Shown here: positions 1-13,525 of the stretch, piece after piece
Layout: every line of letters starts with the position of its first letter
Position numbering within the stretch: the stretch's first letter is position 1
Source: Macrostomum hystrix
Lineage: Eukaryota > Animalia > Platyhelminthes
Direction of reading: 5' to 3'
Assembly (NCBI GenBank): GCA_950097015.1
Contig: CATNEN010000038.1
Coordinates: 21,576,001 to 21,640,000 of the forward strand
Length of the DNA: 64,000 nt
The notes under the pieces: model-generated
Databases searched by the model: none
Told to the model about the DNA's origin: nothing
Seen by the model: the letters and a program-made list of their open reading frames with translations, nothing else
Translations under genes and position numbers: made by a program

Positions 1-229
1 CTAGGCACTCCGATTGGCTCAGGTCTAGATGACCGCCGTACATCTGGTCGTCCAGTGGCCGATCCATGAGCTCGCTGATGCCTTGACCGCCGTCGACATT
101 GGCCGTGTGCTCGCTATAGACTAAGTCCATATCTAATTCGCTATTCTCGGGTATAGTTGGCAGATTAGCTGGTTCGCGTTGTAGAAATATTCTATAACTA
201 TCAGCGCTGGCATTGCTTAACTCGCTGTC
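1..229 (-). CDS. Internal exon of SLC16/MCT-like transporter (large cytoplasmic loop); gene continues beyond window start
   Basis: Acceptor ...ccgcag|GAC on minus strand; open frame DSELSNASADSYRIFLQ... to position 1; joins the 1721-2110 exon in phase 0. Confidence 0.65.
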
Positions 230-919
230 CTGCGGTGTGAGAGAAACAACTCTATTGTGAAACATTTTACACACCTAGAGCACACCAATACTAGGTTTAT
301 ACTTTATTGATATATTTTATTTTATATATTCTATTTTATAAATCTGAAAAACTGAGTAACAGTATAATAACTGTACCGAAGATCAATTGTTCAGTACTTT
401 CAGTAAGAACGAAGGATAAGTCAAAGAGAACAGATAAACTGAAACTGAAATTCTATGTATTTTACCTCCGCAGTACGAATGCCGTGCTATAGTCTGGGAA
501 CTAAGATGTGTTTTCGATACTTCTTTAGTTTTAACGAATGCTACAGGCTGAAATCTGATAATTATTCACACGAAATAAGACGTATCCGATGTCTTTTGCC
601 GAATGCAATACAAACTTCTATGAAGAATCATTCTTAACAGGACTAGAACGGAGAGATCTTCTAGAAGAAGGCACAGCCGACAGGAACTAGTTTCGGGTGT
701 GGCTTAGCTGCATGTATAGGCGAGAGGCGCGGAATAATTTTGAGAGGGTGATTTTTAGATTGTGTATTTTTTTAAATATATACTGAATATACTTTTATGC
801 TTGAAAACACTATTTATTAACTAGGCTATCACTATTAATTTACAATTGGTCGACAATAACTGCATGCGGCATGCGGTGTGCCGTGAGTCTGCCGCATGTA
901 ATTATATGCGAGTAATTAT

Positions 920-1510
920 CTCCCTGGGTAATTATCTCTGTTGGGTAATTATCTCTGTGGGTAATCATCTGTGGGTATTTACCTCAGTAAGTAAATTTTC
1001 TCCGTGGGATATTACCTCCCTAAGTAATTATCTCTGTGGGTGTTACCTCCCTAAGTAATTATCTCTGCGGGTGTTACCTCCCTAAGTAATTATCTCTGTG
1101 GGTGTTACCTCCCTAAGTAATTATCTCTGCGGGTGTTACCTCCCTAAGTAATTATCTCTGTGGGTGTTACCTCCCTAAGTTATTATCTCTGTGGGTGTTA
1201 CCTCCCTAAGTAATTATCTCTGTGGGTGTTACCTCCCTAAGTAATTATCTCTGTGGGTGTTACCTCCCTAAGTAATTATCTCTGCGGGTGTTACATCTCT
1301 AAGTAATTATCTCTGTGGGTGTTACCTCCCTAAGTAATTATCTCTGCGGGTGTTACCTCCCAAAGTAATTATCTCTGCGGGTGTTACCTCCCAAAGTAAT
1401 TATCTCTGTGGGTGTTAACTCCCTAAGTAATTAATTATCTCTGTGGGTGTTAACTCCCTAAGTAATTAATTATCTCTGTGGGTGTTAACTCCCTAAGTAA
1501 TTAATTATCT
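920..1510. repeat. 31-bp minisatellite (ctaagtaattatctctgtgggtgttacctcc), intronic
   Basis: Direct tandem periodicity of 31. Confidence 0.95.
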
Positions 1511-1720
1511 TCGGGGATAATTAGTCGCTTTACGCAATTTTATCGACATAAATGAATCTGGATGCTATCGTCTTTTAATTATCTTTATCTTCGTCTTATT
1601 GGCATAATACTACATATAACACACATAATAATTCTAGTTAACGACTGAACGTCCCATTTTAGGTGAAAATTCCTCAAAATACATAGATTTCTCGTTAAAA
1701 AACAGACTAGCTGTCCTTAC

Positions 1721-2110
1721 CTGTCCAAAATTTGTTGGAAAGTAGGCAAAAAATGAAGATTCTTTGTCATTGCCACCATCTGTTTCGGCTTTATCTTTGA
1801 TCAGTTCAAATCGGACAACAACACCGCTGCCGCTCGCTACTGCTGGCGAACCAATCAGCGACACGGGTGGAGGCGTCCCAGGCGGCAGCAGCGACTGCGG
1901 CTCGTTTTGTTCAGTTTCGTCAGGTAAAACGGCCACCTCGTCGGCGTCTTCTTCGGCATCTTCGACCTCGCCGACGTCTAGGAAGACGTCATCGGAGCCG
2001 CCTAGACGACGATCGGCTGATAGGCGAACAAGATTTCGGTTGGAAGAGAACAACAAATCATCATCGTCATTTTCGGCGGCTTGGCCAGCATCGACGGAGC
2101 CGGGCGATTC
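1721..2110 (-). CDS. Internal exon of SLC16/MCT-like transporter (acidic loop)
   Basis: tttcag|GAA acceptor, CAG|gtaagg donor, 390 nt, phase 0/0, in frame with ORF 1634-2056. Confidence 0.7.
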
Positions 2111-2324
2111 CTGAAATTGACAGTAAAAATGCTAACTGACGTTGGTTTTTTAAATTAAATTTCAGACCAAAGTACTTTCAAAGTAAATTTCAAATGAAAT
2201 TACTTTGAAAGTACTTTTCAGATCAAAATACTCCGCATGCACTTTTCGGATTAAAGTACTTTGTATGTACTTTTCGGATTAAAGTACTCCGCATGTACTT
2301 TTCAGATTAAAGTACTCCGCATCA

Positions 2325-2925
2325 GTTAGGATCAGTTAGGATCAGTTAGGATCTTGGTAGATGGTAGTTGGGATCTTGGTAGATGATAGTTAGGATCTTG
2401 ATAGATGGTAGTTTGATCATGGGATCTTGGTAGATGGTAGTTGGATCATAAGATTCTGGTAGATGGTAGTTGGATCATGGGATCTTGGTAGATGGTAGTA
2501 GGATCATAAGATTCTGGTAGATGGTAGTTGGATCATAAGATCTTGGTTGGTAGATGGTAGTTAGGATCTTGGTAGATGATAGGTAGGATCTTGATAGATG
2601 GTAGTTGGATCATGGGATCTTGGTAGATGGTAGTTGGATCATGGGATCTTGGTAGATGGTAGTTGGATCATGGGATCTTGGTAGATGGTAGTTGGATCAT
2701 GGGATCTTGGTAGATGGTAGTTGGATCATGGGATCTTGGTAGATGGTAGTTGGATCATAAGATCATGGTAGTTGGATCATGGGATCTTGGTAGATGGTAG
2801 TTGGATCATAAGATCATGGTAGTTGGATCATGGGATCTTGGTAGATGGTAGTTGGATCATAAGATCATGGTAGATGGTAGTTGGGATATTGGTAGATGGT
2901 AGTTGGGATCTTGGTAGATGGTAGC
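2325..2925. repeat. ~29-bp minisatellite (atgggatcttggtagatggtagttggatc), intronic
   Basis: Tandem periodicity with variants. Confidence 0.9.
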
Positions 2926-2962
2926 TGGATTATTGTACAAAAATTTAACACAAAAAGTTTAC

Positions 2963-3949
2963 TGGGCTCGCTTGTTTCATTTCGGCGGATTCCTCTTCGT
3001 CCGATTCCTCCAGACGATGCCTTGGAGACGTCGATTCTACGACATCGGCTACTGTTGCTATGGTTGCTAATGACAACGGTGGTGGTACACCCTGGCGAGC
3101 ATTACTCAGATTCATCGAGTCGCCAAGGCCGCTGTCACACGACTGCTGTTTACGCTTGGCACCGTTTGCGTCGCCGCCTGCTGCATGCGCGTTTCCATGA
3201 CAACGGAGGCCGTCGCTAGTACTCATCAAACAATCGCGTCCCTCGCAACTATAATAATAATGCCAAGAATAGATATAGCTACCATCTATTGATACGGCGC
3301 CGGGCGTGGAAAACTTCACCGGCCTCGGCGGCGACATCAAAGCCCCGGCAACTAGCCAATTTAATAACCAGCCGGCCAATGCTAGACACGCGCCGCGCCA
3401 GCTAAGCCAATCGCAGAGCAGACGAAACGCTGGCGGAGCTACAATGGCGCCTAAACTGGCGCCTGCGCCACTGGAGCACACAGCTAATAGCAGCAGCTGC
3501 TGATGCCGACTCTGGCGAACTGATGCGGAAGAAGATCCCGCCTGGGTTATTGGCAACAATAGGAATATAGTAGGCGCCGAGCCGGCGTACCGACTAAGGG
3601 ATAATCCGAGACAGCCGGCGCACAGAGCCAGCGCGCAGAGCCAAGCGCCGTCTCCGCCGACAACAAGCGGCCCGGCGATGCAGATTGCCGCAAATAGGCC
3701 ACCAAGCCAAAGGCTGCAGCGAGGGCCGATGCGACCCGCGGTTAGCCAGCCGGGCAGGCAGAGTAGCAGGGGGCTGGCTACAAGCAAGCTGGCACCTAGG
3801 CTAGCTGATAATTGGTTGACGCCATCTTGACCACTCTCTAAGCCAATTATTGGCCAGGTGAATAGTAAGCTTGTTTGTAGGCAGCCTGCCAGCGACAAGC
3901 CGGCCAAGTGGCGATAAAAATCTCCAGTTGTTGGACCACTGGCGTACAT
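2963..3949 (-). CDS. MFS monocarboxylate-transporter (SLC16)-like N-terminal TM exon
   Basis: Hydrophobic helices with RIGPR..LWLGG and LSWRGACLALAG..LN..VAGALM.P, typical of MCT TM2-TM6. Donor is CCA|gtaaac (2963) or the GC-type CAA|gcgagc (2972). Confidence 0.7.
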
Positions 3950-5518
3950 ATTTATAAATGAATATGTATGTTAGCCAACTTCAATAAATAGTCTCATTTT
4001 GGCAGCTTCAGTTTCTGAGCTGAAATTATTTTAAAAAAAAGTCCAAGTTTAGACACAAATTGTGAAAATCGGTTAAGCCGTTCGGGAGCTAGTTGATTGC
4101 AAACAAGCAAGATTTTCAGTTTTAGTATATTAGATAGAAATAATATTAGATAGAGAATAACACTCAAGCAAAATTTCTACCACAGCTAGAGATAAACGCT
4201 AGAAACAATTTCAACCCACCACTAGGTTTGAAACACCTAGTTTTATACTAAGTGTATAAGTTAACATACCTAACATAATAAGATTATTTATTTAAAGGAC
4301 AAAACCACTTTTTCTCTTAAATTCTGCTTAAATTAAAAAGTTTTGTAGTTTAAAAAGTTTTTTAAAACACACTAGAACATCATATTTTACATCAAAACAA
4401 CTATACGTCTACAACAACATCAAAGAAATCTAGCCTAAACTAAATATATTTTATAACATATAATTGCTGCATAGAGAGTTCAGAACATGGTTTTATAAGC
4501 AGCTCTTAAAACTTAAAAGCTAAAAATTTTAAGTTTTGAAACTTAATTTGTTTTAATATAATTAATTGATCTTAATATTTGTTAATGACACAATTAAAAC
4601 TATAGTAAAAGCTCAGTTCTGTATTATAACTAAAACTACAAGTAATTACAAAACATTACATTTCTAATGCACTATGGATACACACTAGCTGAAAACATTA
4701 TTAAAACTAAAACATTTACTTATTACTTATTTACAACACCTATCATTACCCATGTAATTTAGTGCAGTGAAGCACATTTAATTTATAATCCCTACCTAAG
4801 CTTTAAATGATAAGATGATTCATTCATTCACCATGACATATAGAAAGTAAAAGTAAATATTTAAGAGGAATTTGAAGTGTAATTTAACATTTTTGAAAGA
4901 ATATTTGTAAGCCAAAAGTTTGGATAAAACAAGTAAACAATGTAATCAGCTAGAGTATAATACTCGTAGTAAGCATTAGCCTTGCTATATGTACACAGTA
5001 ATAACTCCAGAGTTCACACAGAGAACTACCAATTAAGACCAAAAGCTTTGCTTAATATCTTCTGAATAGTAGCTTGACAAAGAAAAAGTAACACTCTATA
5101 TTGTTTTCATTTTTATTAAAATCATAACCAACCTACCAAAGGCAAATTAGGTAGGACTAGCTATATTTTGAAAATATTTTGATATCTATAATTTAATGAT
5201 AATTGTAAACACTGAAAAAAGGATGAACACAAAGGTATAGAACTGAAAAATATTCAAAATATTCAAAAAGAATATTTTTGCTTTTTTTAAGAATTAAGGA
5301 AACAACTGTTGCACAACTAGGCCTATTCACATTTTTGTAGATAGATAAAGTAATAGCACACTAAGCCCCCTTGGTGGGCACTATTCAGGCACTGTTTAGA
5401 CAAAAAAATCTTGTGTAATGCAGAAGGACAAAACACATCTGAATGTAAATTAAAACGAAAACTCTTTTCGTCAGTATGAATTTGTCTGATTGTCTATATA
5501 TGTGATTGCGATACAATG

Positions 5519-5850
5519 AGAGAACTATGCCCCCTCAGCAGTAGAGAACTATGCCCCCTCAGCAGTAGAGAACTATGCCCCCTCAGCAGTAGAGAACTAT
5601 GCCCCCTCAGCAGCAGAGAACTAATGTCCCCTCAGTAGCAGAGAACTAATGTCCGCCAGCAGCAGAGAACTAATGTCCCCACAGCAGCAAAGAACCAATT
5701 TCCCCCCAGCACTAAGAGAACTATGCCCCCCTAGCAGCAGTCCAGCAGAGAACCGATTTCCCCCTAGCACCAGAGAACTAATGTCCCCCTAACAGCAAAG
5801 AACCAATTTCCCCTAGCACCAGAGAACTAATGTTCCCCCAGTAGCAGATA
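5519..5850. repeat. ~24-bp degenerate minisatellite (agagaactatgccccctcagcagt)
   Basis: Tandem periodicity, decaying rightwards. Confidence 0.85.
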
Positions 5851-6164
5851 ACAAATTTTCCCCAAACAGAAGAGAACCTCCATAATACCAGGCTAGGCCT
5901 ATCAAACCACCAGCAAGAAATATTTGCCCTCTTTCTTTGACAGAAAACCATTGCCTCCATATAGCAGAGAAACAATTTTACTCAGCCCAGCAGGCAACAA
6001 ATATCTCCCAACAGTCAACCCATATTCCTTCGCAGCATTTAATCAATGCCTCCCTTTAGCACAGAACCAATGACCCCTAAAGCAGGTAACCAATAACACC
6101 CTTTAGCAGAAAAGAATGTCCTCTTTTAGCAGAAAGTCAATTTTCCAATAACACTTTTTCTGAA

Positions 6165-6475
6165 AAAAAAATTTTTATTACACCTGCCCCAATTGGGTCA
6201 GATGTGCAGCCGACAGCACAGCCGCAGCTAGGGGCCTAATGCGCGGCGCATCTGAAGGCTGCGTTCAGCTGTTCAGTCCACGGACTGGGGAGACGCCACA
6301 CCCACCTTCAATTATCCCAGCTGATGCTGGTACCCATTTAACAGCTGGGTGAACTGAAGCAATGCAGAGTTAATTGTCTTGCTAAAGGACGCAAATTGTT
6401 CCAGTGGAGTCGGGAATCGAACGCCCAACCTTCAAGTCGTGAGTCCAACGCCCCAACCACTAGGCTACAACCTCT
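6165..6475 (-). mobile_element. tRNA-derived SINE with CORE-like domain
   Basis: Minus strand: A box TAGCCTAGTGG, B box GTTCGATTCC, then GTCCTTTAGCAAGACAATTAACTC (CORE-like) and an A/T tail; the 3' part recurs at 56080-56230 and 63408-63480. Confidence 0.8.
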
Positions 6476-6980
6476 ACTTTTAGATTTTATAATAAATTTT
6501 AAAATGACGTCTATACTTCCAGTACCAGAACCAGTACCAGAACCAGTACCAGAAAAAATTTATGTTATAGCCAATAAAAAATCGACAAGCAACTAATAAA
6601 AAGAATTCTAACAGATGAAATACTTATATATCGGTCCGAAAATATCATTATTGCGAATAAAATTAATAAATATCGACGGACTTGCGCACAACACACAAAA
6701 AAATCGTTTACTTTCACAAAACGTTTTCTAATATATATTTTTCATAGAATAAAACAAATTTGCTCATCCAACTGAGTAAACGAATACAAAAGGCGGTTTA
6801 CTAAATATCGCAACTACTAAAATCACAACTCAAAACTCACCTCACCGAATGTGTTTGTATAATTTCTTATTTTTATAATCATCGTAAACTTCATTGAAAA
6901 AACTAAAAATATAAGTCCTCACTTTTGCGCTTCGCAGGATTATTACTCGTACATCATATACAGCTGAGAGCAAAGATAAG

Positions 6981-7603
6981 GAAGGAAACATTATCTGTGA
7001 ACACGGCTGTAAAATTTCAGAGCCCTGACTAGTCGCGTCTCGGAGTTATAGACCCTCGAGTCCCCCCCACTCTGATATCTCCCATTTTAAAAGTACTTTT
7101 CGTCACCTCACTGAATCTGGTGGTCATACGAGGCTGAAAACTCAGATCTGGAAGGAAACATTATCTGTGAACACGGCTGTAAAATTTCAGAGCCCTGACT
7201 AGTCGCATCTGGGAGTTGTAGACCCTCGAGTCCCCACCACTCTGATATCTCCCATTTTAAAAGTACTTTTCGTCACCTCACTGAATCTGGTGGTCAGACG
7301 AGGCTGAAAACTCAGATCTGGAAGGAAACATTATCTGTGAACACGGCTGTAAAATTTCAGAGCCCTGACTAGTCGCGTCTCGGAGTTGTAGACCCTCGAG
7401 TCCCCCCCACTCTGATATCTCCCATTTTAAAAGTACTTTTCGTCACCTCACTGAATCTGGTGGTCAGAGGAGGCTGAAAACTCAGATCTGGAAGGAAACA
7501 TTATCTGTGAACACGGCTGTAAAATTTCAGAGCCCTGACTAGTCGCGTCTCGGAGTTGTAGACCCTCGAGTCCCCCCCACTCTGATATCTCCCATTTTAA
7601 AAG
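6981..7603. repeat. 170-bp tandem units (x3.7) inside the left TIR; about 1.3 inverted copies in the right TIR
   Basis: Units start at 6981, 7151, 7321, 7491. Confidence 0.9.
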
Positions 7604-8491
7604 TGGGCACAACACAACACCCTCTCTCTGAGACGCCTGCGTATTTTTAGCGTTGAGTTGCGTAACATGTAGGGATGTAATGCGCAATTGGTAATACAGG
7701 GTAATATTTTTGCCTTGTCGTGCACATGGGTCCCAATTTTTGCATGTTGGATCTGATTTTTACGACTTGTTTTTTTATTATTTGAAGTACTAATGCCCTC
7801 TTATGTTTGTCGGCTTTTGAGGCTTTAGCGTTTGAAGTTGAGTGTTGAGATTTCAAGCCTCGTGTTTTATAGTCTTCGCATTATAAAAAGCCTTCGCGTT
7901 TTATAGTGACGATTGCGTATCCTCTATTGCATTTAGTTCTTAGTGCTTTGTCCTTACGTTTTATCGCTAATGCCTGACAAAATAAGTGTTCTGGGGTGTG
8001 TACCGTGCTCTGTTTTACACTAGTAGCTGGAATATCCAATCAGCTGCTTTATCTGCTTCTTGCTTGCTATCTCATATCCCTATCCGAACAACCCATGCAT
8101 AAATTTTCGAGTATAAAGCCTTGAGGAAAGCAGATTTCAATCGTCTGCTCGTATATTCATATATTTTTAACCATGATTTTCAGTCTTCGCATCATCGCTT
8201 TACTTTCAATTTTCTTTATTTGCTAAGCAACCCACAATCGACGCATTTCTTTTTTTGAACTGTCGCCTGAATATTTTGAAGACTATAGTGATGAGTGCCT
8301 TGGCAAATCATTTCGCTGTCCCTATGGTGCTTGCGGGCAAATTCTGAGCAAGCTTTCAGCAAAGAACACTATTGAAAACCGTCGAGTTGTCTGGCTTTAT
8401 TATCAGCGTAAAATTGTCGGTAAGTCAAAATCTTCTGTTTCGAAAAGTAAGAAAACAGCTTTTCATAAATCTGCTGTTGTAAGATCCACTC

Positions 8492-9365
8492 GAGGTGCTG
8501 TTGCTGCTTCTGTTGTGCCTGCCCGTGGTGCTGTTGCTGCTTCTGTTGTGCCTGCCCGTCGTGCTGTTGCTGCTTCTGTTGTGCCTGCCCGTGGTGCTGT
8601 TGCTGCTTCTGTTGTGCCTGCCCGTCGTGCTGTTTCTGCTTCTGTTGTGCCTGCCCGTGGTGCTGTTGCTGCTTTTGTTGTGCCTGCTCGTCGTGCTGTT
8701 TCTGCTTCTGTTGTGCCTGCCCGTCGTGCTGTTGCTGCTTCTGTTTTGCCTGCTCGTCGTGCTGTTGCTGCTTCTGTTTTGCCTGCCCGTCGTGCTGTTG
8801 CTGCTTCTGTTTTGCTTCCTCGTCATGCTGTCGCTGCTTCTGTTGTGCCTGCCCGTCGTGCTGTTGCTGCTTCTGTTGTGCCTGCCCGTCGTGCTGTTGC
8901 TGCTTCTGTTGTGCCTGCCCGTGGTGCTGTTGCTGCTTCTGTTGTGCCTGGCCGTGGAGCTGTTGCTGCTTCTGTTTTGCCTGCTCGTCGTGCTGTTGCT
9001 GCTTCTGTTGTGCCTGCCCGGGGTGCTGTTGCTGCTTCTGTTGTGCCTGCTCGTCGTGCTGTTGCCGCTTATGTGGGGCCTGCTCATGGAAGTGATGATG
9101 CTGGTGGTGATGATGCTGGGAGTGATGATGTTGGGAGTGATGATATGAGTGTTTCTGGGAGTAATAATGCTGGCAGTGATGATGCTGGGAGTGATGATGC
9201 TGGGAGTGATGATGTTGGGAGTGATGATATGAGTGTTTCTGGGAGTAATAATGCTGGCAGTGATGATGCTGGGAGTGATGATGCTGGGAGTGATGATGTT
9301 GGGAGTGATGATATGAGTGTTTCTGGGAGTAATAAGGCTGGCAGTGATGATGCTGGGAGTGACGA
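8492..9365. repeat. 33-bp repeat (~8492-9070) and 15-bp repeat (~9090-9365) within the MULE, possibly coding
   Basis: ARGAVAASVVP and SDDAG periodicities. Confidence 0.85.
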
Positions 9366-9589
9366 TTCAGAAGTAAGGGATTGTACTAATGCTGAAGTTG
9401 CTGTTGATTTCGAGAGTGGTGCAAGCGGATCAATAACAAATTTAGTTTTTCATTTTCGAATAGCTTGGAGCCAGTGGAAAAATAACTTTTTTATCAGGCG
9501 GGGAGAAAAAATGCATTCGCTATGTCAGAGAAACGCTTTTTGGTTGCTAAAGCATTCGTGAAAATTATCGACAATATTGTTCTTCGAAT

Positions 9590-10969
9590 GTGGAAGCAAG
9601 TAACTGTGTTCTTAAATTTAAGAATCGATATGTGAACTTTCCAAATCTCAGAGCACAAAAGCCAAAATATTTCGTAAAACAGGTCGCATTATGCCAGCAT
9701 CCCGCATGCAAAATAGTACACGATTTTAGAATTATAGATTTTCCAACTGAAAATGAGCCTGTGGAGGTAGTTGTTAATTCTAAAGGTGAGAAGAATCATA
9801 ATCATCCAACGATGTCTAGAATGACGCCATTAGAATCAGAAAGGATAGTAAAACTAGTTGAAACTGAAGCACCAACTGATGTACATGATAGACTACTCTC
9901 GGAAATGACAGATAAAGAGATAAAGGAAATTGATTTTTCTCGATCAAAAAATTTGGATGCCATTCGGCGGGTAAACGCGAAGCGGTTGGTTGCCGCAGAA
10001 GAACGGCTGCATAAAAATGTTGAAGTCGAAATTGCTGCTTTGCAACGAATACTGAGCGAAACAGACACAGAGAGTAAGAGTATACGCGGATACATTCAAG
10101 CTGTGTCTCGCCATCCATTTCATGTACATCTGTTCCTCGAAAGACAGCTTAGACTTGTTACAAGTAGGCCGCAGTGTGTTTTACATCTAGATGCCACTGG
10201 AAGCATTTTCAAGAGAATGAATTTCGCAGGTAGCCAAATATTTCTTTACTCGCTGACAATGCCCTCCGATAACGGTCAGACGCGTGGTGTGCCTGTGGCC
10301 GAAATGATAACAAGTGAGCATAGGACCAAATCAATCCAACACTTTTTGTTTTCTGTCCGCGCAGATTTGGCCACACTAGCAAGCAGTACTATTATGTCGC
10401 ATGACTATTTACCCGCTGTCATCGTCACGGACTTCTCTTGGGCTATGTTACATTCGGTATGCCAGTCATTTGGCACCAGCTTAGAGCAATACCTTATTGA
10501 TACGCATTGTGCGTTACGCATGGGGAAACAAATCAAGTACACGATTCCATTCATTTGCACAAATCACGTAATCCGTGCGTTCATTAATGGCATACAACTA
10601 AAGTCTAAAACTGCGGAAGGTAAAGCTATGCGGGAATTATTTATTAGCGCATTTGTCTTTTTATTGCATCAGGAGACTTTTGAAGCGTTTGAAACTACCT
10701 TGAGTCTCACTGTAGATACATTTTTAGGGCAGCGAGATCCGAAAGAATTAAGATCAGCGATTAACAATTGGGAAACTGAGCCCGTGGACGAAGAATATTC
10801 GCTCTACAACGACGATGAAATAAATAACGATAAGGAAGAGCAGGCCGAAAGTTCTCGATTTGCTTCTCTGCGCGAAGGCTCTCCGTACATTTTTCTTTTC
10901 AAGTCCCGACAGGCAAGTATTGACATGCTAAGAGCGACAGTTTCAAACAAATTAATCTGTCCCGTTTAA
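9590..10969 (+). pseudogene. MULE (NOF-FB-like) transposase, broken at both ends
   Basis: HLDATGS, VPVAEMIT, VTDFSWA and CTNH (CxxH) motifs; frame ends at a short ttaatctgtcc duplication near 10950-10975. Confidence 0.8.
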
Positions 10970-11172
10970 TCTGTCCGATTCTTCAGAACGACCACTTCTA
11001 CTTAGTCTATATTGACACAACACGCAAAGAACTAGCTGTCCTAGACACAAAACCTATCTCAGATAAGTCGATACCAAAACATTTTATAAAACTATGGCAA
11101 AACTTAATCAAAAGCACCACCAGTATTCGCGAAGACAAGCCAGAAATTTTAAGTACGTATAAAAATAAATTA

Positions 11173-11523
11173 ATGTTGAGATCATTGCAGTCTGATGGTC
11201 TGTGGTGTATTTGCTGTCTGTACGCGAAAGTTCTAGTAACATCCGTTGATACCGAGTTCCGAGCTTTGTGCTTTCCAACAACGGAGGGATTTCTTAACAG
11301 AGCTCGAATCTGCATCTGGAAAGACTTGGAAAGAGAAAATGAAGAATCCACCAACTCGTGCGTTCGCTGTCATGAAGCTGAACCCAGTGCGACTGGAACT
11401 TGGGTGCAATGTGATCTTTGTGATTCCTGGCTGCACCATGAGTGTGCATCGAAAGATATGCACCAGCGCCAAGCGTCCAACGGCTACATCTGCTGCTGTG
11501 CCGAGTACGCAGCAACGCGATAG
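11173..11523 (+). pseudogene. PHD finger, probably the C-terminus of the MULE transposase
   Basis: CVRC...WVQCDLCDSWLHHEC...YICCC. Confidence 0.7.
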
Positions 11524-12659
11524 CTGGATGGATGCACCAAGAAGTGCAGCGAAAAAATAAACTAATTACTAAGAGCTACCTGCTTAAAAATAAAATGTCA
11601 ATTCTGTAGATTTTGTTATAACAACAAGTCAATTCTGTGAAAAATTATAGCACCGCTTTGCAATGCAAAACTGTGAATAATCTAAGCTGCAAAATATTGT
11701 AAGGCTTATGTAAAATAGTGGCCTTTGTGTGACACAGAAACACTAAAACGAACAAAAAGCATAAAAAATAAACAAAAATCTTCTAAAAAACGAACTAAAA
11801 ATATATTAAAGACTTTGTGAAAAACTCTGCCTCAGCCAGTCCCAAGCCTGGTTTCAAAAAGAGGAGGGCTCACGAAAAATATACCAGAAGCAAATCTTAA
11901 ATTATATTTAGTAAAATCAAACACAAAATACTACAAAAAATACAGACTACAGAAACAATAGCTCCTTCTAAACCTCATTTTTCAGCTTCTTCAGAAAACT
12001 TCAGAAATTTTAGAGCCGTGTTCACAGATAATGTTTCCTTCCAGATCTGAGTTTTCAGCTTCTTTTGACGACCAGATTCAGTGAGGTGACGAAAAGTACT
12101 TTTAAAATGGGAGATATCAGAGTGGGGGGACTCGAGGGTCTTCAACTCCGAGACGCGACTAGTCAGGGCTCTGAAATTTTACAGCCGTGTTCACAGATAA
12201 TGTTTCCTTCTTTATCTTTGCTCTCAGCTGTATATGTTGTACGAGTAATAATCCTGCGAAGCGCAAAAGTGAGGTTATATTTTTAGTTTTATTTGCTGAA
12301 CTTTACGATGATTATAAAAAAAAGAAATTATACAAACATACTCAGTGAGGTGAGTTTTGAGTTGTGATTTTAGTAGTTGCGATTTTCATTAAAACGGATT
12401 TTGTGTTCGTTTACTTAGTTGGATGAGCAAATTTGTTTTATTCTATGAAAAAAAATATATTTGTAAAGTTAACGTTTTTGTGTGTGTTGTGCGCAAGTCC
12501 GTCGATATTAATTAATTTTATTCGCAATAATAATATTTTCGGACCGATATATAAGTATTTCATCGGTTAGAAGTCTTTTTATTGGTTGCTTGTCTATTTT
12601 TTGTTGGCTATAACATAAATTTTTTCTGGTACTGGTTCTGGTACTGGTTCTGGTACTGG

Positions 12660-13430
12660 CCGATCCCTTATGAGAGAAGGCTGAGTCAGCGAAACAGCGA
12701 CATATGACGGTATGGCAGTACTGGCAGCGCAGCTTTTCCTTGCTGTGCTGTTGAGCTAGGCATGTCTCAGAGCACGTGGCGGTCGTGCTAACGAATGCGC
12801 ATAGGCTGGACATGTTTGTGGATCACAGGCGGGTACGTAGGCAGGCTTGTAACCACGCTCTGCTACCAAATTGTCAGGCAGTGATGCTGCTGCTGTGGTA
12901 AGGTAGAAAGTTTCTCTTTTGGAGCAAAGCCCCGCGCTAGCTTTATTGATAATACGAGTTATAGAGTACAGTGGATCCTTAGAGTTTGTCTATGGTTCAA
13001 ACGTAGCGAACGAGAATTGGAGAAGACTAATGTAAATGAATATCTATGAATATATAAAGATTGCGTACTTGTAATAGCATATGGAGGATTCGGGAATCCG
13101 ACAGGCTGGGGGCGGAACGATTAACAGTTGGAGGATTCGGGAATCCGACAGAAGGGTTGCGACCCACAAATCTTTGGACTGAACAACAGTCATCAGATGC
13201 GTCGCGTGATCTGCAGCTATGCTGTCGGTTGCAAATCTCGCATAGAGGCCAGGTGTAGAACATTATCGTAATCAATATTATTGTTATTAGTCGAACAGGC
13301 AATCGATAGTGAACTTTTCTCTTTAACTGTAATTGTTTGGGGTCACTTTCTACTCAAAAGTACTGTAGAATGGCACCAATGTCAGCTTTCTACTCAAAAG
13401 TACTGTAGAATGGCACCAATGTCAGACAAA
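12660..13430 (-). mobile_element. LTR retrotransposon fragment (5' LTR, tRNA-iMet PBS, start of internal region)
   Basis: Minus strand ...CCTGACA-att-TGGTAGCAGAGCGTGGTT (PBS 12851-12868); AATAAA within the LTR; far LTR edge uncertain. Confidence 0.7.
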
Positions 13431-13525
13431 GTGAACTGACGCGAACAGCCCGAGAAAACTACAAGTTGGCTATCAGCTCATTAGAACATAAATTTATCTG
13501 AATACATTGCTGCTTTAATTATCAC

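Larger units (their letters stand above)
6506..12659 (+). mobile_element. Foldback/NOF-type MULE DNA transposon with long TIRs, decayed
   Basis: About 6519-7200 is the inverted copy of about 12000-12659 (ccagtaccagaa repeats at the tips); internal MULE transposase and PHD finger; no TSD found. Confidence 0.8.

Noticed and set aside
6395-6475. tRNA gene
   Set aside because: A and B boxes are present but continue into a CORE-like SINE body repeated elsewhere; no convincing cloverleaf
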